From contig CBDBHR010000029.1 in NCBI GenBank assembly GCA_965205865.1, forward strand, positions 480,001-544,000: DNA of 64,000 nucleotides, in the 5' to 3' direction. Under the pieces are notes generated by a model that searched no databases, was not told where the DNA came from, and was given only the letters and a program-made list of their open reading frames with translations. The DNA comes from a bacterium. GTDB taxonomy: Bacteria > SAR324 > NAC60-12. The position numbers and the translations under genes are program-made. Below are positions 1-10,400 of this stretch, one piece after another (position 1 is the first letter of the stretch; the number at the start of each line of letters is the position of its first letter).

Positions 1-2
1 AG

Positions 3-149
3 AATCCCTGTGTTTTAGAGGGAAATTTACACCCAAGAGCAGAACGAATGATCATCGAATGGGCACAAGAACACCAGGATGAATTGCTTGAGAACTACCA
101 AAAAATGCGAAACGATGAAAAACCTCAAATAATTGAACCACTGAAATGA
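3..149 (+). CDS. DUF4160-family protein, 3' part (toxin-antitoxin partner of DUF2442)
   Basis: Frame 3 reads ...VLEGNLHPRAERMIIEWAQEHQDELLENYQKMRNDEKPQIIEPLK*, a typical DUF4160 C-terminus; ATGA overlap with the next gene. Confidence 0.8.
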   Translation, partial: NPCVLEGNLHPRAERMIIEWAQEHQDELLENYQKMRNDEKPQIIEPLK

Positions 150-460
150 ATGAACATTCCACAGTTATCGGCATCAGGGAAAATCAAGATTCAAAAAGCA
201 ATCTTGATCCCCATTTACTCGGCGTCGTTGAAGCTATTTATCTCCACGATTTCAAATTAGTCATTAAGTTTGATAACGGAGAATCACGTTTGGTCGACTT
301 ATCAGATAAAATGAGGAATGCTAAAGGGATTTTTTTAGAGTTAAAAGATCCTGAGAATTTTAAAAAATTTCAGATCAATCCTGATACAGATACGATTGAA
401 TGGGAAAACGGGGCTGATTGGTCACCTGAAACTTTGTATTTAATGGGAACCCCCATTTAG
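146..460 (+). CDS. DUF2442-family protein (putative antitoxin)
   Basis: KLVIKFDNGESRLVDL...TIEWENGADWSPETLY pattern; coupled to the DUF4160 gene. Confidence 0.8.
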   Translation: MNEHSTVIGIRENQDSKSNLDPHLLGVVEAIYLHDFKLVIKFDNGESRLVDLSDKMRNAKGIFLELKDPENFKKFQINPDTDTIEWENGADWSPETLYLMGTPI

Positions 461-1357
461 CGTTGATCCAAATTTTTTCTCTCCAATTTAGGTATGATAT
501 TTTTAAAGGGGTGAGGGAATAATTTAAATAAATCGGATATGTCTTAAACTCGACTTTGAACATTTTATCCAACTTTTGGGTTTAATAAAATCAATGTCTT
601 ACGAATCTGTATTGGAATTAATACAGGTCGTATCATCAAAAACGGAAAACAGCAACCTGTATTAATTTTTTACAGAATTTCAACCAACTGATATTATTGA
701 ATAATAAAATTAAAAGAACAAATCGAATGTCCAAAGTCCAGTCTTAAAAAAAAAGTTGATTTATTGCTAGATATAAAATATATTCCTTAAATAGTCGCTG
801 TCACGAAATGGCTTTTAGCCCTCTGCTGTCAGCTATCGGTTTTTGAATCATATTGATATACAGTTTTTTTTGTCAGTGAAAACGGTTAGCTGAGAACAGA
901 AAGCCTTAAATGCTTGACAAACATTTGCAGAGCGATTATACAATAGTTTCTTCCAGAAACGGAAGGGCAATCATGCGATCCTTTATATTGCCGCTTCCCG
1001 TACACGTGCCGTCAGGATGACATGAAAGTCTGAAAATAACCCGTTTCAAGTATAAAAAATCTTGATAATGAGGTGGATATGAGAGTAAACTCAAAACCAG
1101 TTCCCAGTAATAAGTTCCGAGCACCAAGCTCCCAATCACAAGTTCTACCCCCTTATATTATCTCGACTTCAGGGAGAGATCCCTAAGATTCCTCGTTCCC
1201 AATTCCCCATTCCCCGTTTCGGGAAGGGAACGTCAATGAATTTGGAAAATTATGGACACCTGAGTGCGTCCTGTTTTCAGTCATTAGTCTTATAAGGAGA
1301 AGCCTATGGTGAAATCAAGTCAGCCGAAAGTGAATTTTTATTCCTTCAACCTAAATA

Positions 1358-1561
1358 GTGCTTGGCAGAAAAATACTCAAATTGCTGATATTAAATGACA
1401 TTTCTTCAATTTCATAGGATGAAGATTTGTTTGATACAGTGTTCAGGTGGCCAAAATCAGCAAAAAATGAGATATTTGATGAGTTTCCCAAAATCTTCGT
1501 TTCTTGAAAATAGGTGAATACCATTAAATATCATGTAGTTATCTAGTTTTCGGCCAAGCAC
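1358..1561. mobile_element. MITE (~204 bp) with terminal inverted repeats and 6-bp target duplication
   Basis: Ends GTGCTTGGCAGAAAA / TTTTCGGCCAAGCAC (14/15 inverted match); TAAATA directly repeated on both flanks; no ORF. Confidence 0.75.
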
Positions 1562-1582
1562 TAAATAACAATAAAGGTAAAA

Positions 1583-3571
1583 ATGAAACTAATCATTAGA
1601 GAAATCGTCGAGAACCTGCTTTCGGGAATCAAAGCAGGTTTTAATAATCTTGTTTTTAATCAAAAAGCAGAAAGGAGTACCATGAATCGTCAAAATAGTA
1701 GAAACATCGTCGAGAACGTGCTTTCGGGAATCAAAGCAGGTTTTAATAATCTTGTTTTTAATCAAAAAGCAGAAAGGACTAAGATGAACCGTAAAAAAAG
1801 CAGCTCAAAATTAAGCGCAACCCTGCTGGCTCTCATCCTGGGAGCAAGCGTCTTCATGGCTGGCCAGGTCTGGGCAGCCGAGTACGTGACGGACCCCACC
1901 AACGGCAAGGTGGTGACCGCACCCGAGTATGGCGGGACATTGACCTTTGCCAAGGCGTCCATGTCGCCGCATACTTCCGTCTATCACCATGACTGGGCGG
2001 CAGAGCCCGTCAGTGGCGTTTTAGAGAAGCTAGGCATCATGGACTGGGCAATAGATAGGGACAAATATAGCTTTAGAACAACGTACAAGCCTGAGTTTGC
2101 CCTAAGAGGGCACCTGGTGGAAAGCTGGGACACACCCGACCCGCTAACGTATATCTTCCACATCCGTAAGGGCGTTCAGTGGCATGATAAGGCGCCGATG
2201 AACGGGCGGGAGCTAACTGCGTATGATGTCGAATATCACTATCACCGTTACATTGGTATAGGCAGCGGCTTCACCGAACCTGCTGAACGTTATAGCAAGT
2301 GGCCATTCGTTACTCTGCCATACGAATCGATAACGGCCACCGACAAGTATACCATGGTCGTTAAGCTGAAGAGCCCGGACCCCGAAGCGCTAATGACCCT
2401 TACCATCAACAACAAGTTGTTTATAGAACCACCCGAGGTCATAAAAGAAAAGGGCGACCTTTTGGACTGGAGGAACATGGTCGGCACCGGACCCTTTGAG
2501 CTGACCGACTGGGTCGACGGCGTCTCTTATAGCTATACCAAGAACCCCAACTACTGGGGCTACGACCCAAAATATCCGGAGAACCGCTTGCCCTATATTG
2601 ACGGGCTAACGGGCCTGATTATGCCGGATGAAGCAACACGTATAGCGGCACTACGCTCGGGTAAGATTGATGCGCTGGCTATGTTTGTCGGCTATGGTCA
2701 AATAGCTTCTATGGACCAGGTAGAGAGCCTTAAGAAAACCAATCCCGAACTGAAGATGGAGTGGATGTCATATCGGTCGATGACGTCTTGGACTGTTAAC
2801 ACATCCAGGCCGCCCTTTGATGACGTCAGGGTGCGGCACGCATTGCAGATGGCGCTGGACCTCGAGACAATTAACAACACTTACTGGGGAGGGCAGGCAA
2901 TGACGACACCTCAGGGGTATATGGGGGCAGGTTTTACCGGGTATGTCACCCCATATGAAGATTGGCCCGAAGAGATCAAGGGATACTATTCCTACGATCC
3001 GGAAGGGGCGGAAGCGCTGCTTGATGCGGCCGGATATCCCCGCGGCGCGGACGGTATTAGATTTAGTGTAGTCTTGGACGTAGGCGTACCCATTTGGGAT
3101 CCAGCCTATAACCAATTAGCCGCGGACTACTGGGCCAAGATTGGCGTTGATGCAAAAATCGTCACCGGCGAGTGGCCTGTTATTGCCGCACGCGTAACGG
3201 GAGACCGTGATTTTGACATGTACGCTTTTATTTCGGGAAACGAGTGGCACCCTTTGTCACAGGCACAACAGATGTTGTCGGACAGTACTACCAACTGGCC
3301 CGCAGTCCGGGACGCTGTTTATGAGGCCATGGTTGCAGAAGCCGCAGCCGCTACCACCACTGAGGAGCGGCAAAGGCTGTTCAAACATATAGATGCGTAC
3401 ATTACGGAAAAGCACTGGTATATATGGGGTTCCAGAGTTCCGCAGTTTAACGTGTTCCAGCCGTGGCTGGTAGGTTACGCCGGTGAAAGCGAATTGGGAG
3501 AGACTGATCGCCTACTAATCGCGGCCCGCGTCTGGATTGATAGTGCTCTGAAAAAAGAAATGGGTCATTAG
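1583..3571 (+). CDS. Family 5 (Dpp/Opp/Nik) ABC solute-binding protein; alternative in-frame starts at 1682 and 1784
   Basis: PEYGGTL, VGTGPF, PFDDVRVRHALQMALD motifs; signal peptide ending ...QVWAA. Confidence 0.92.
   Translation: MKLIIREIVENLLSGIKAGFNNLVFNQKAERSTMNRQNSRNIVENVLSGIKAGFNNLVFNQKAERTKMNRKKSSSKLSATLLALILGASVFMAGQVWAAEYVTDPTNGKVVTAPEYGGTLTFAKASMSPHTSVYHHDWAAEPVSGVLEKLGIMDWAIDRDKYSFRTTYKPEFALRGHLVESWDTPDPLTYIFHIRKGVQWHDKAPMNGRELTAYDVEYHYHRYIGIGSGFTEPAERYSKWPFVTLPYESITATDKYTMVVKLKSPDPEALMTLTINNKLFIEPPEVIKEKGDLLDWRNMVGTGPFELTDWVDGVSYSYTKNPNYWGYDPKYPENRLPYIDGLTGLIMPDEATRIAALRSGKIDALAMFVGYGQIASMDQVESLKKTNPELKMEWMSYRSMTSWTVNTSRPPFDDVRVRHALQMALDLETINNTYWGGQAMTTPQGYMGAGFTGYVTPYEDWPEEIKGYYSYDPEGAEALLDAAGYPRGADGIRFSVVLDVGVPIWDPAYNQLAADYWAKIGVDAKIVTGEWPVIAARVTGDRDFDMYAFISGNEWHPLSQAQQMLSDSTTNWPAVRDAVYEAMVAEAAAATTTEERQRLFKHIDAYITEKHWYIWGSRVPQFNVFQPWLVGYAGESELGETDRLLIAARVWIDSALKKEMGH
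1604..1792 (+). repeat. 102-bp-period tandem duplication of the 5' leader, each copy ending in RBS and ATG
   Basis: ATCGTCGAGAAC(C/G)TGCTTTCGGGAATCAAAGCAGG...GCAGAAAGGA occurs twice, followed by ATG at 1682 and 1784. Confidence 0.95.
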
Positions 3572-3583
3572 GGGTTTTAGGGA

Positions 3584-3611
3584 GAGCTGGGTGGCTCAAG
3601 CTTCCCAGCTC
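3584..3611 (+). terminator. Intergenic stem-loop between SBP and permease genes (mRNA stabiliser or attenuator)
   Basis: GAGCTGGG...CCCAGCTC stem; homologous hairpin at 50620-50661; no U-tract. Confidence 0.55.
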
Positions 3612-3649
3612 CCATACTCATTAAGCAATTAGGGGACGCGGTATCTGAC

Positions 3650-4606
3650 ATGAGAGCCTATATCATCAGGCGGTTATTGCTGATAATCCCCACCTTGTTT
3701 ATACTGAGTATCATAGTCTTTCTCTCGGTCCGCTTCATCCCCGGCGATGTAATAGACGTAATGCTGGCTAGAATGGAAGGGCTTGTCGGTGAGATTGACC
3801 GTGAAGCTGTTGAGCATATGCTGGGATTAGACGTGCCTGTCTACGTACAGTATGGACGCTGGATAGGAGGTATTTTCCGGCACGGCACTCTTGGCGAATC
3901 ACTGTATGGCCATTGGTCGGTGGAAGAGAAGATAATAGGTAGATTGCCGGTGACCATTGAGCTTGGTCTCCTGGCAATCGTAATCGGGCTGGTGATAGCG
4001 CTACCCGTCGGCATCTACTCGGCGATCCGCCAGGATACGGCCGGCGACTACGTGGGGCGCTCGGTCGCCATCATCGGCCTGGCAACGCCTAACTTCTGGC
4101 TGGGAATGATGATCATAATCTTCCCGGCAATCTGGTTCGGCTGGTCGCCGCCGATGAAGATGGTTCCTTTCACCGAAGACCCCCTGGGCAATCTAGCGGT
4201 GTTCCTCATTCCCAGCGTGATTCTGGGTACGGCCATGTCTGCAGCCACCATGCGCATGACGCGCACCATGATGCTGGAGGTGCTAAGGCAGGACTATATC
4301 CGCACCGCCTGGTCCAAGGGGCTCAAGGAGCGGATCGTGATTATCCGGCACACCATCAAAAATGCCCTCATCCCGGTGGTGACCCTGATCGGCCTGCAGT
4401 TGCCGATCCTGGTCGGGGGTGCCGTGATCATGGAGAACATCTTCAACCTGCCGGGGATCGGCCGGCTCATGCTGGATGCCCTGCAAAACCGAGACTACCC
4501 GATGGTTTCCGGAATCAACCTGTTTTTCGCCAGCGGCGTGGTGCTGCTCAATCTCATGATCGACCTGATTTATCCCTATCTGGACCCGAGAGTGCGGTAT
4601 GAGTGA
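3650..4606 (+). CDS. dppB: Peptide/nickel ABC permease, DppB/OppB-like
   Basis: YIIRRLL N-terminus; EAA-loop region RTMMLEVLRQDYIRTAWSKG; DPRVRY C-terminus. Confidence 0.92.
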   Translation: MRAYIIRRLLLIIPTLFILSIIVFLSVRFIPGDVIDVMLARMEGLVGEIDREAVEHMLGLDVPVYVQYGRWIGGIFRHGTLGESLYGHWSVEEKIIGRLPVTIELGLLAIVIGLVIALPVGIYSAIRQDTAGDYVGRSVAIIGLATPNFWLGMMIIIFPAIWFGWSPPMKMVPFTEDPLGNLAVFLIPSVILGTAMSAATMRMTRTMMLEVLRQDYIRTAWSKGLKERIVIIRHTIKNALIPVVTLIGLQLPILVGGAVIMENIFNLPGIGRLMLDALQNRDYPMVSGINLFFASGVVLLNLMIDLIYPYLDPRVRYE

Positions 4607-5540
4607 ATCAAAGCGACGGGGCCGGCTGGCGGATTTCTTCATCAGGCTTCTCAAGGAGAAGCCGCTCGGTACTGTCGGCGGGATTATCACATTGATATTG
4701 ATTCTGGTGGCGATCTTCGCTGATGTTCTGGCCCCTTATCCACATGATGAGATACACGTGGTAGACAGACTGCAGGGCTCATCAGCCCAATATATGCTGG
4801 GTACCGACCAGCTGGGGCAAGACCTCTTGAGCCGCATTATCCACGGGGCTCGTGTTTCGTTAACTGTCGGTCTGGCCGCGACGGCGCTCAATGTGCTCAT
4901 CGCAGCCCTGATCGGCGGCACTTCCGGATTCCTTGGGGGGAAAGTGGACCTGGCTGCGCAACGCTTTGTCGATGCCTGGATGGCCTTTCCGGGACTACTG
5001 CTCTTGCTGACCATCATGTCCATCGTGGGACAGGGGCTCCTCCAGATCATCGTGGTCCTGGGGGTCACCGGAGGCATCGGCGGCTCCCGAGTCATCCGAG
5101 GCGCCGTGGTGGGCATTAAAGAGAATGACTATTTTCTGGCAGCCAGGGCCGTGGGCACCCCCACGCGCCATATCCTGATCCGGCATGTCCTGCCCAATAT
5201 CATGGCGCCCATCATCATCATCTTCTCGATCAACATTGGCGGAGTTATCATTGCCGAGGCGTCGCTGAGCTTCCTCGGATACGGGCTGCCCTTCGAGATA
5301 CCCAGCTGGGGTGGCATGCTCAGCCGGGAAGGACGCCTGTACATGGAGATGGCGCCGTGGCTGGCTTTCTGGCCCGGTATCTTCCTGACGATTACCGTCT
5401 ACTCCCTCAACATGTTCGGCGATGCCCTCAGGGACCTGCTCGACCCCCGACTGCGCGGCGGAGAGGGCAGTTACGGCGCCGCAGGGAGGAAACGCAAACG
5501 AGGATTTCTCGCCCGGCTGATCAACCCCTTCAAATGGTAA
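4599..5540 (+). CDS. dppC: Peptide/nickel ABC permease, DppC/OppC-like
   Basis: LGTDQLGQDLLSR, RHVLPN, EASLSFLG, PSWGGML, GDALRDLLDPR motifs. Confidence 0.92.
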   Translation: MSESKRRGRLADFFIRLLKEKPLGTVGGIITLILILVAIFADVLAPYPHDEIHVVDRLQGSSAQYMLGTDQLGQDLLSRIIHGARVSLTVGLAATALNVLIAALIGGTSGFLGGKVDLAAQRFVDAWMAFPGLLLLLTIMSIVGQGLLQIIVVLGVTGGIGGSRVIRGAVVGIKENDYFLAARAVGTPTRHILIRHVLPNIMAPIIIIFSINIGGVIIAEASLSFLGYGLPFEIPSWGGMLSREGRLYMEMAPWLAFWPGIFLTITVYSLNMFGDALRDLLDPRLRGGEGSYGAAGRKRKRGFLARLINPFKW

Positions 5541-5672
5541 GCGGATAAAAGGAGACCGTCCCTTTTTCCTTCCTGAGAATCGCTTTTTTTTCTTCTGCGT
5601 AAAGTTTGGGCCATTTGGTAGAATCAGGCCCGAGAGAACCTCTTCCTTTTTTTAGACCTGGATTATTCATAG

Positions 5673-5794
5673 TGCTAACGCAGAGGTGAGGAGTGGCGGG
5701 GACGAGAACCTTTGAAATCAGCACTATCCTTCAACTTACTAAAATGTATCGAAAAAGCACCTATCCCGCCATCGCATCCACCGTTTTGTTAGCC
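5673..5794 (-). other. Integron attC-like recombination site
   Basis: On the minus strand GGCTAAC (contains the toxin stop)...GTTAGCA; arms GGTGGATGCGATGGCGGGA / TCCCCGCCACTCCTCACC pair imperfectly with an extra base in the first arm; 122 bp. Confidence 0.7.
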
Positions 5795-6085
5795 ATTCAT
5801 CAGTCTTTTCCTTATCCAACTTGGATTACGACGACAATCGAGTATGGCCACGACTAAAACCAGGTCTTTGGCTATTCGGTAATAGACAGCAAAAGGAAAT
5901 CGTTTGGAGAGAAGTCGATGATAGCCGAAAACCAAACTATGGATACCTCCGAAATATGAGAGAGAGTCAATATCAGAATATATCGAATCGAGAAAATATG
6001 AGCCAAGAGCAGGTGATTTCTTTTCATAAAAGCGATATCCCTCTTCAATATCTCGCTCAGCAGCATCGAGTATCCTGACAATCAT
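5789..6085 (-). CDS. RelE/ParE-family toxin
   Basis: ILDAAERDIEEGYRFYE...KRFPFAVYYR...VAILDCRRNP. Confidence 0.88.
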   Translation of the reverse strand: MIVRILDAAERDIEEGYRFYEKKSPALGSYFLDSIYSDIDSLSYFGGIHSLVFGYHRLLSKRFPFAVYYRIAKDLVLVVAILDCRRNPSWIRKRLMNG

Positions 6086-6306
6086 GAAACATTCTTTCTA
6101 ATTCTGTCCTTGGCATTTTCCCAATCAGATATACTGGCATTACCAGTTTCAATCGCTTTTTCTCGATCCTTAAGTACTTCATCATGCCAAGCCGGTGATT
6201 CAAGGTGCTCCTCATCCCTGCTCAAATCATGCCAAATAGCCTCCATTAGATTGAGCTTTTGAGCCAGCGTAAATTGTGATAAGGGAAGTAGATCAACTTT
6301 TTCCAT
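6082..6306 (-). CDS. Addiction-module antitoxin (TIGR02574-like)
   Basis: QKLNLMEAIWHDL...SPAWHDEVLKDRE...SDWENAKDRIR; ATGA overlap with the toxin. Confidence 0.88.
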   Translation of the reverse strand: MEKVDLLPLSQFTLAQKLNLMEAIWHDLSRDEEHLESPAWHDEVLKDREKAIETGNASISDWENAKDRIRKNVS

Positions 6307-6486
6307 AATCTTTTTCCTTTCAAGGGGATAATGTTCCAATCAAGTAAAATTAAAGGCTTTAGACAACACATTTCAGGTTGTGCTGTAGCTCTGGGAATTG
6401 AGTTGTTGAATTCGCTGCAATCACTCATCATCGGAGGTTAATTTCCTCATTGAATCATTGCCTCCACGTTCTCAATTTATCAATTA

Positions 6487-6505
6487 TTATCTAGAACTCA
6501 GGTTA
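6487..6505. mobile_element. Isolated terminal repeat of the TAACCTGAGTTC-type MITE/IS
   Basis: TTATCTAGAACTCAGGTTA resembles the right end at 63766-63784. Confidence 0.5.
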
Positions 6506-6507
6506 TC

Positions 6508-6657
6508 TCAGGTAAGACAAATAGACAAGACGGGGAAAGATTCAATGGCTTCATAATAATCGGCAATCCAGTCGACGACAGCTATACCATGGTGCCGGAA
6601 AGCATCCGGAGACATGTGAAAGTTTTTCTTTTCAGCATTTTCTTTTGCAATGAGCAT
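6508..6657 (-). pseudogene. 5' fragment of a PLP-dependent aromatic amino-acid decarboxylase-like gene
   Basis: Reads MLIAKENAEKKNFHMSPDAFRHHGIAVVDWIADYYEAIESFPVLS then stops next to a MITE-type end. Confidence 0.7.
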
Positions 6658-6883
6658 GGAACCGTATTGTCTTCGACAGCTATCTCAAGGCATCGGAGAC
6701 GCTGTGGCGTTCTCTCCCTGACACCCCACTAAGGGAGCACCGAGTGTGATCGAATCCGCTCCCAACGGATTCACGAGTACAGTCCGGAAAAACTATCTCT
6801 ACATTTTTCATCGGTGATCTTTCGGATTAAATCGAGCACTGGAAAGAGAGTGTTCAGACGGTGTGAGAGTCGAGCGATCCCCT

Positions 6884-7051
6884 TCATAGATAACCCTCCT
6901 CTTTGGCCTCTTCTTCCACCTCCTCATAATCCCACATCACTTTGATCTTCGCGTCGTATTCGGAGAACCCCTTTTTTTCGATCAAAAAGCGTTGCAGAGC
7001 ATACTCCATGTACATGCGGTATTCTTTGTGATAAGAATTTTGATCCTCCAC
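6884..7051 (-). CDS. Small acidic hypothetical protein (55 aa; below ORF-track cutoff)
   Basis: GGAGG RBS and GTG start; MEDQNSYHKEYRMYMEYALQRFLIEKKGFSEYDAKIKVMWDYEEVEEEAKEEGYL*. Confidence 0.6.
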   Translation of the reverse strand: MEDQNSYHKEYRMYMEYALQRFLIEKKGFSEYDAKIKVMWDYEEVEEEAKEEGYL

Positions 7052-7084
7052 CTGTCCTCCTCATCACCAGGGTTTCCCCGGATT

Positions 7085-7474
7085 CTAGTTTTTATTGATT
7101 ATCCTGCCATTTCCCCTCTTTGGCAGGGCTTGCGCTGTTGTTTTCAAAGCATTGAAGCATCGGACCAGCAAAATGGCCGCCTTTTTGCGGATGACTTCCA
7201 CTTGAGCCACGTCGGTTTCTTCGGGAAAGGAGAGTGTGAAACGAAGGTCCTGGCGTTCGAGATCAGTGAGGGTTTGATCATTTCCCACTGATTTAGCAAG
7301 GGAAATCAAACGGGAAAGAGTTCCCATGAAATATTGCTGAGCGATCAACTCCACCAAATCCGGATGTGGATCGTTTCCAGTGGAGGATCGGTTTACCGGA
7401 TGGCAAAGTTTCAGTTTTAAAACTTCAACGAGATCGACACACACCCGCTGCTGGTCGGCCGTATTGAGTGTCAT
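7085..7474 (-). CDS. Hypothetical protein
   Basis: 129-aa ORF 12 bp downstream of icmF, same strand. Confidence 0.55.
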   Translation of the reverse strand: MTLNTADQQRVCVDLVEVLKLKLCHPVNRSSTGNDPHPDLVELIAQQYFMGTLSRLISLAKSVGNDQTLTDLERQDLRFTLSFPEETDVAQVEVIRKKAAILLVRCFNALKTTAQALPKRGNGRIINKN

Positions 7475-7486
7475 CGGAAATCCTGG

Positions 7487-10400
7487 TTACATATTTCTGC
7501 GATACTGTCCTCCGTAACGATACAATTCCTGAGAAATTTGTCCCAGGGAGCAAACCTTAACGGTTTCCATCAAAGTGGCAAAAATATTCTTATTTTCCAA
7601 ACAAACGATGCGTAACTGCTGAAAAGCTTTTTCTTTTTCAGGTTCATGGAACTGATGAAATTGGGCCAGAGATGCTAATTGCATTTGTTTCTCTTCCTCG
7701 GTGGAACGACTCAATACAAGCGGATGTTCTGTTTCGGGGGGATTGGCATTAAGAAATGTATTGATGCCAATCAGGGGCAGCTTGCCGGAATGTTTCAGAC
7801 TTTCGTAATACAGCGATTCTTCCTGGATTTTATTGCGCTGGTACATGGTTTCCATGGCCTCTAATACGCCCCCACGGTCTGCAATACGATTGAATTCCGC
7901 CAGGATTGCTTCTTCGACTAAATCTGTCAACTCCGAGATGATGAAGCTTCCTTGCAGGACGTTTTCGCTCTTTGCCAGTCCCAGTTCCTGGTTGATGATC
8001 AGTTGAATTGCCAGGGCCGTCGCACCGACTCTGCAGTGGGAGTGGTGACGGCTTCATCGTAAGCATTGGTGTGCAAGGAGTTGCAATTATCGTAAATTGC
8101 GTAAAGGGCCTGCAGGGTGGTACGAATATCGTTGAAATCGATTTCCTGAGCGTGTAGCGAGCGACCCGATGTTTGGATATGGTATTTAAGTTTTTGCGAC
8201 CGTTCGTTGGCACGGTAACGCTCCCTCAACGTGACAGCAAAAATCCGTCGTGCCACCCGACCGATCACGGCATACTCCGGGTCCATTCCATTGCTGAAGA
8301 AAAAACTGAGATTGTGAGCAAAATCATCAATGGCCATACCGCGGGACAGGTAATATTCAATGAACGTGAATCCGTTTGCCAGGGTGAAAGCCACCTGTGT
8401 GATCGGGTTGGCGCCGGCTTCCACCATGTGGTATCCCGAGATACTGACGGAGTAAAAATTCTTGATCCGATTGACCGTGAAATATTCCTGGATGTCACCC
8501 ATCATCTTCAAAGCGAATTCGGTGGAAAAGATACAAGTATTCTGCGCCTGATCTTCCTTGAGAATGTCTGCCTGCACCGTCCCCCGGATCTGTTGTAGCA
8601 CTTCTTGCTTGATGTTATGGTAAATCCCCGCTTCCACCAGTTGATCTCCGGAAACTCCCAGAGTTTCCAATCCCAGTCCGTTATGCTCCTCCGGAATTTG
8701 TGTGCGATAGAGAGGGACCGACTGACCTCGTTTTTTATACAAGGTTTCAATTTTTCGTTTTGCCGGTTGCAGAAGTCCTTCCCGCCTCAGGTAGACCTCG
8801 ACTTGCTGGTCAATTGTCGTATTGAGGTAAAAAGCCAGAATCATGGGGGCTGGTCCGTTGATTGTCATGGAAACGGAGGTGTCGTGTCGACAAAGATCAA
8901 AGCCCGAATAGAGACGTTTTGCATCGTCAACCGTGCAGATCGATACCCCGGAATTTCCAATTTTGCCATAAATATCAGGACGTTGATGCGGATTTTCTCC
9001 ATAAAGCGTGACCGAATCAAAGGCAGTACTCAAGCGAGTGGACGGTTGACCGGAAGAAAGGTAGTGGAAACGATGATTGGTCCGCTCTGCCACTCCTTCA
9101 CCTGCGAACATGCGAGTGGGATCTTCATTTTGACGTTTAAAGGGGAACCCTCCCGCGGTGTAGGGAAATGATCCGGGAAAATTTTCCAACCCCATCCAAC
9201 GCACGATCGTGCCCCAGTCCTGGTAAGGTGGTACAGCGATTTTAGGAATGGAGGTGCCGGACAAACTTTCCACCCGGTTGTCCAGGGTGACGGTTTTTTG
9301 TCGAACCTTAAAACTGTATCGAGGTTTGAGAAATTTTTCACGCTCCTCCCGGAATTTCTTGTAAAACCCATGTTCTTTCAGAGAAATAGTTGATAGTCTC
9401 TCATTGTATAGATCCGCAATAGGACGCAAATTTTCTGCAAGGGCATCCCTATCGATGGGCTCAAAAGGCTCCGGCAAAGGACATTGCAACTGTTTCAGCG
9501 TGCCGTAACTTTGGTAGCAAGCATCGGCTGCCTGAGCTGTGGTTTCGATATGCCGTTTGTACCCCTGCACGGTTTTTGTGATGTCTCTGAGGTAAGTTCC
9601 CCGGTCGGCAGGAATAAATGGTTTGCTTTGGGAGAGACTGGCGGGGGGAACCGTTTTTTGCGAACGTTTCAAAAAGTTTAGTGAAACCACTTTCCGCATC
9701 AAGTTATGGTAAAACCAGTTGACTCCCGGATCATTGAATTGACTGGCAATGGTGCTATAAATTGGCAGATCTTCACCAGGGGTATCAAAATCATTGTGAT
9801 TGCGTCGGTATTGTTTTCGAACGGCGGATAAGGCTTGATCCGCTCCCTGTTTGTCTGATTTGTTGATGACGATCAAATCGGCAAAATCCAGCATATCGAT
9901 TTTTTCCAATTGCGTGGCAGCGCCAAACTCGGGGGTCATGGCGTAAACGCTCACATCTACCAATTCCGTGATCTCAGAATCCCCTTGACCGATTCCTGCG
10001 GTTTCGACAAAGATCATGTCAAATCCACTAATGCTCAACATTTTCACCGCTTCGTGAATCACGGGAGAAATCGCCGTGTTGGAATAGCGTGTTGCCATGG
10101 AACGCATGTACACGCGGTTGGTGTCAATGGCATTCATGCGAATGCGGTCCCCCAACAGCGCCCCGCCGGTCTTTCGTTTTGAGGGATCGACAGAGAGAAC
10201 AGCGATGCGCAATGCTTGAAATTCCAATAGCACCCGTCTGAGAAGTTCATCCGTCAAACAGGATTTGCCCGCTCCTCCCGTTCCCGTGATACCAATCACT
10301 GGGACGCGGGGATTTTTTTCGATATTGCCGACAACCTCTTGCAGCATGGCGGGCTGGTCAATGTATCGTTCAAGCCAGGTCAAACTGCGGGCTAGTTCCC

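Noticed and set aside
791-938. Possible degenerate MITE (ATAGTCGCTGTCACGAAATG / CATTTGCAGAGCGATTAT)
   Set aside because: The inverted match is weak and gapped, with no second copy
1095-1225. Short heptamer-like TTCCC/AGTTCC repeats
   Set aside because: Too degenerate and short to assign a function
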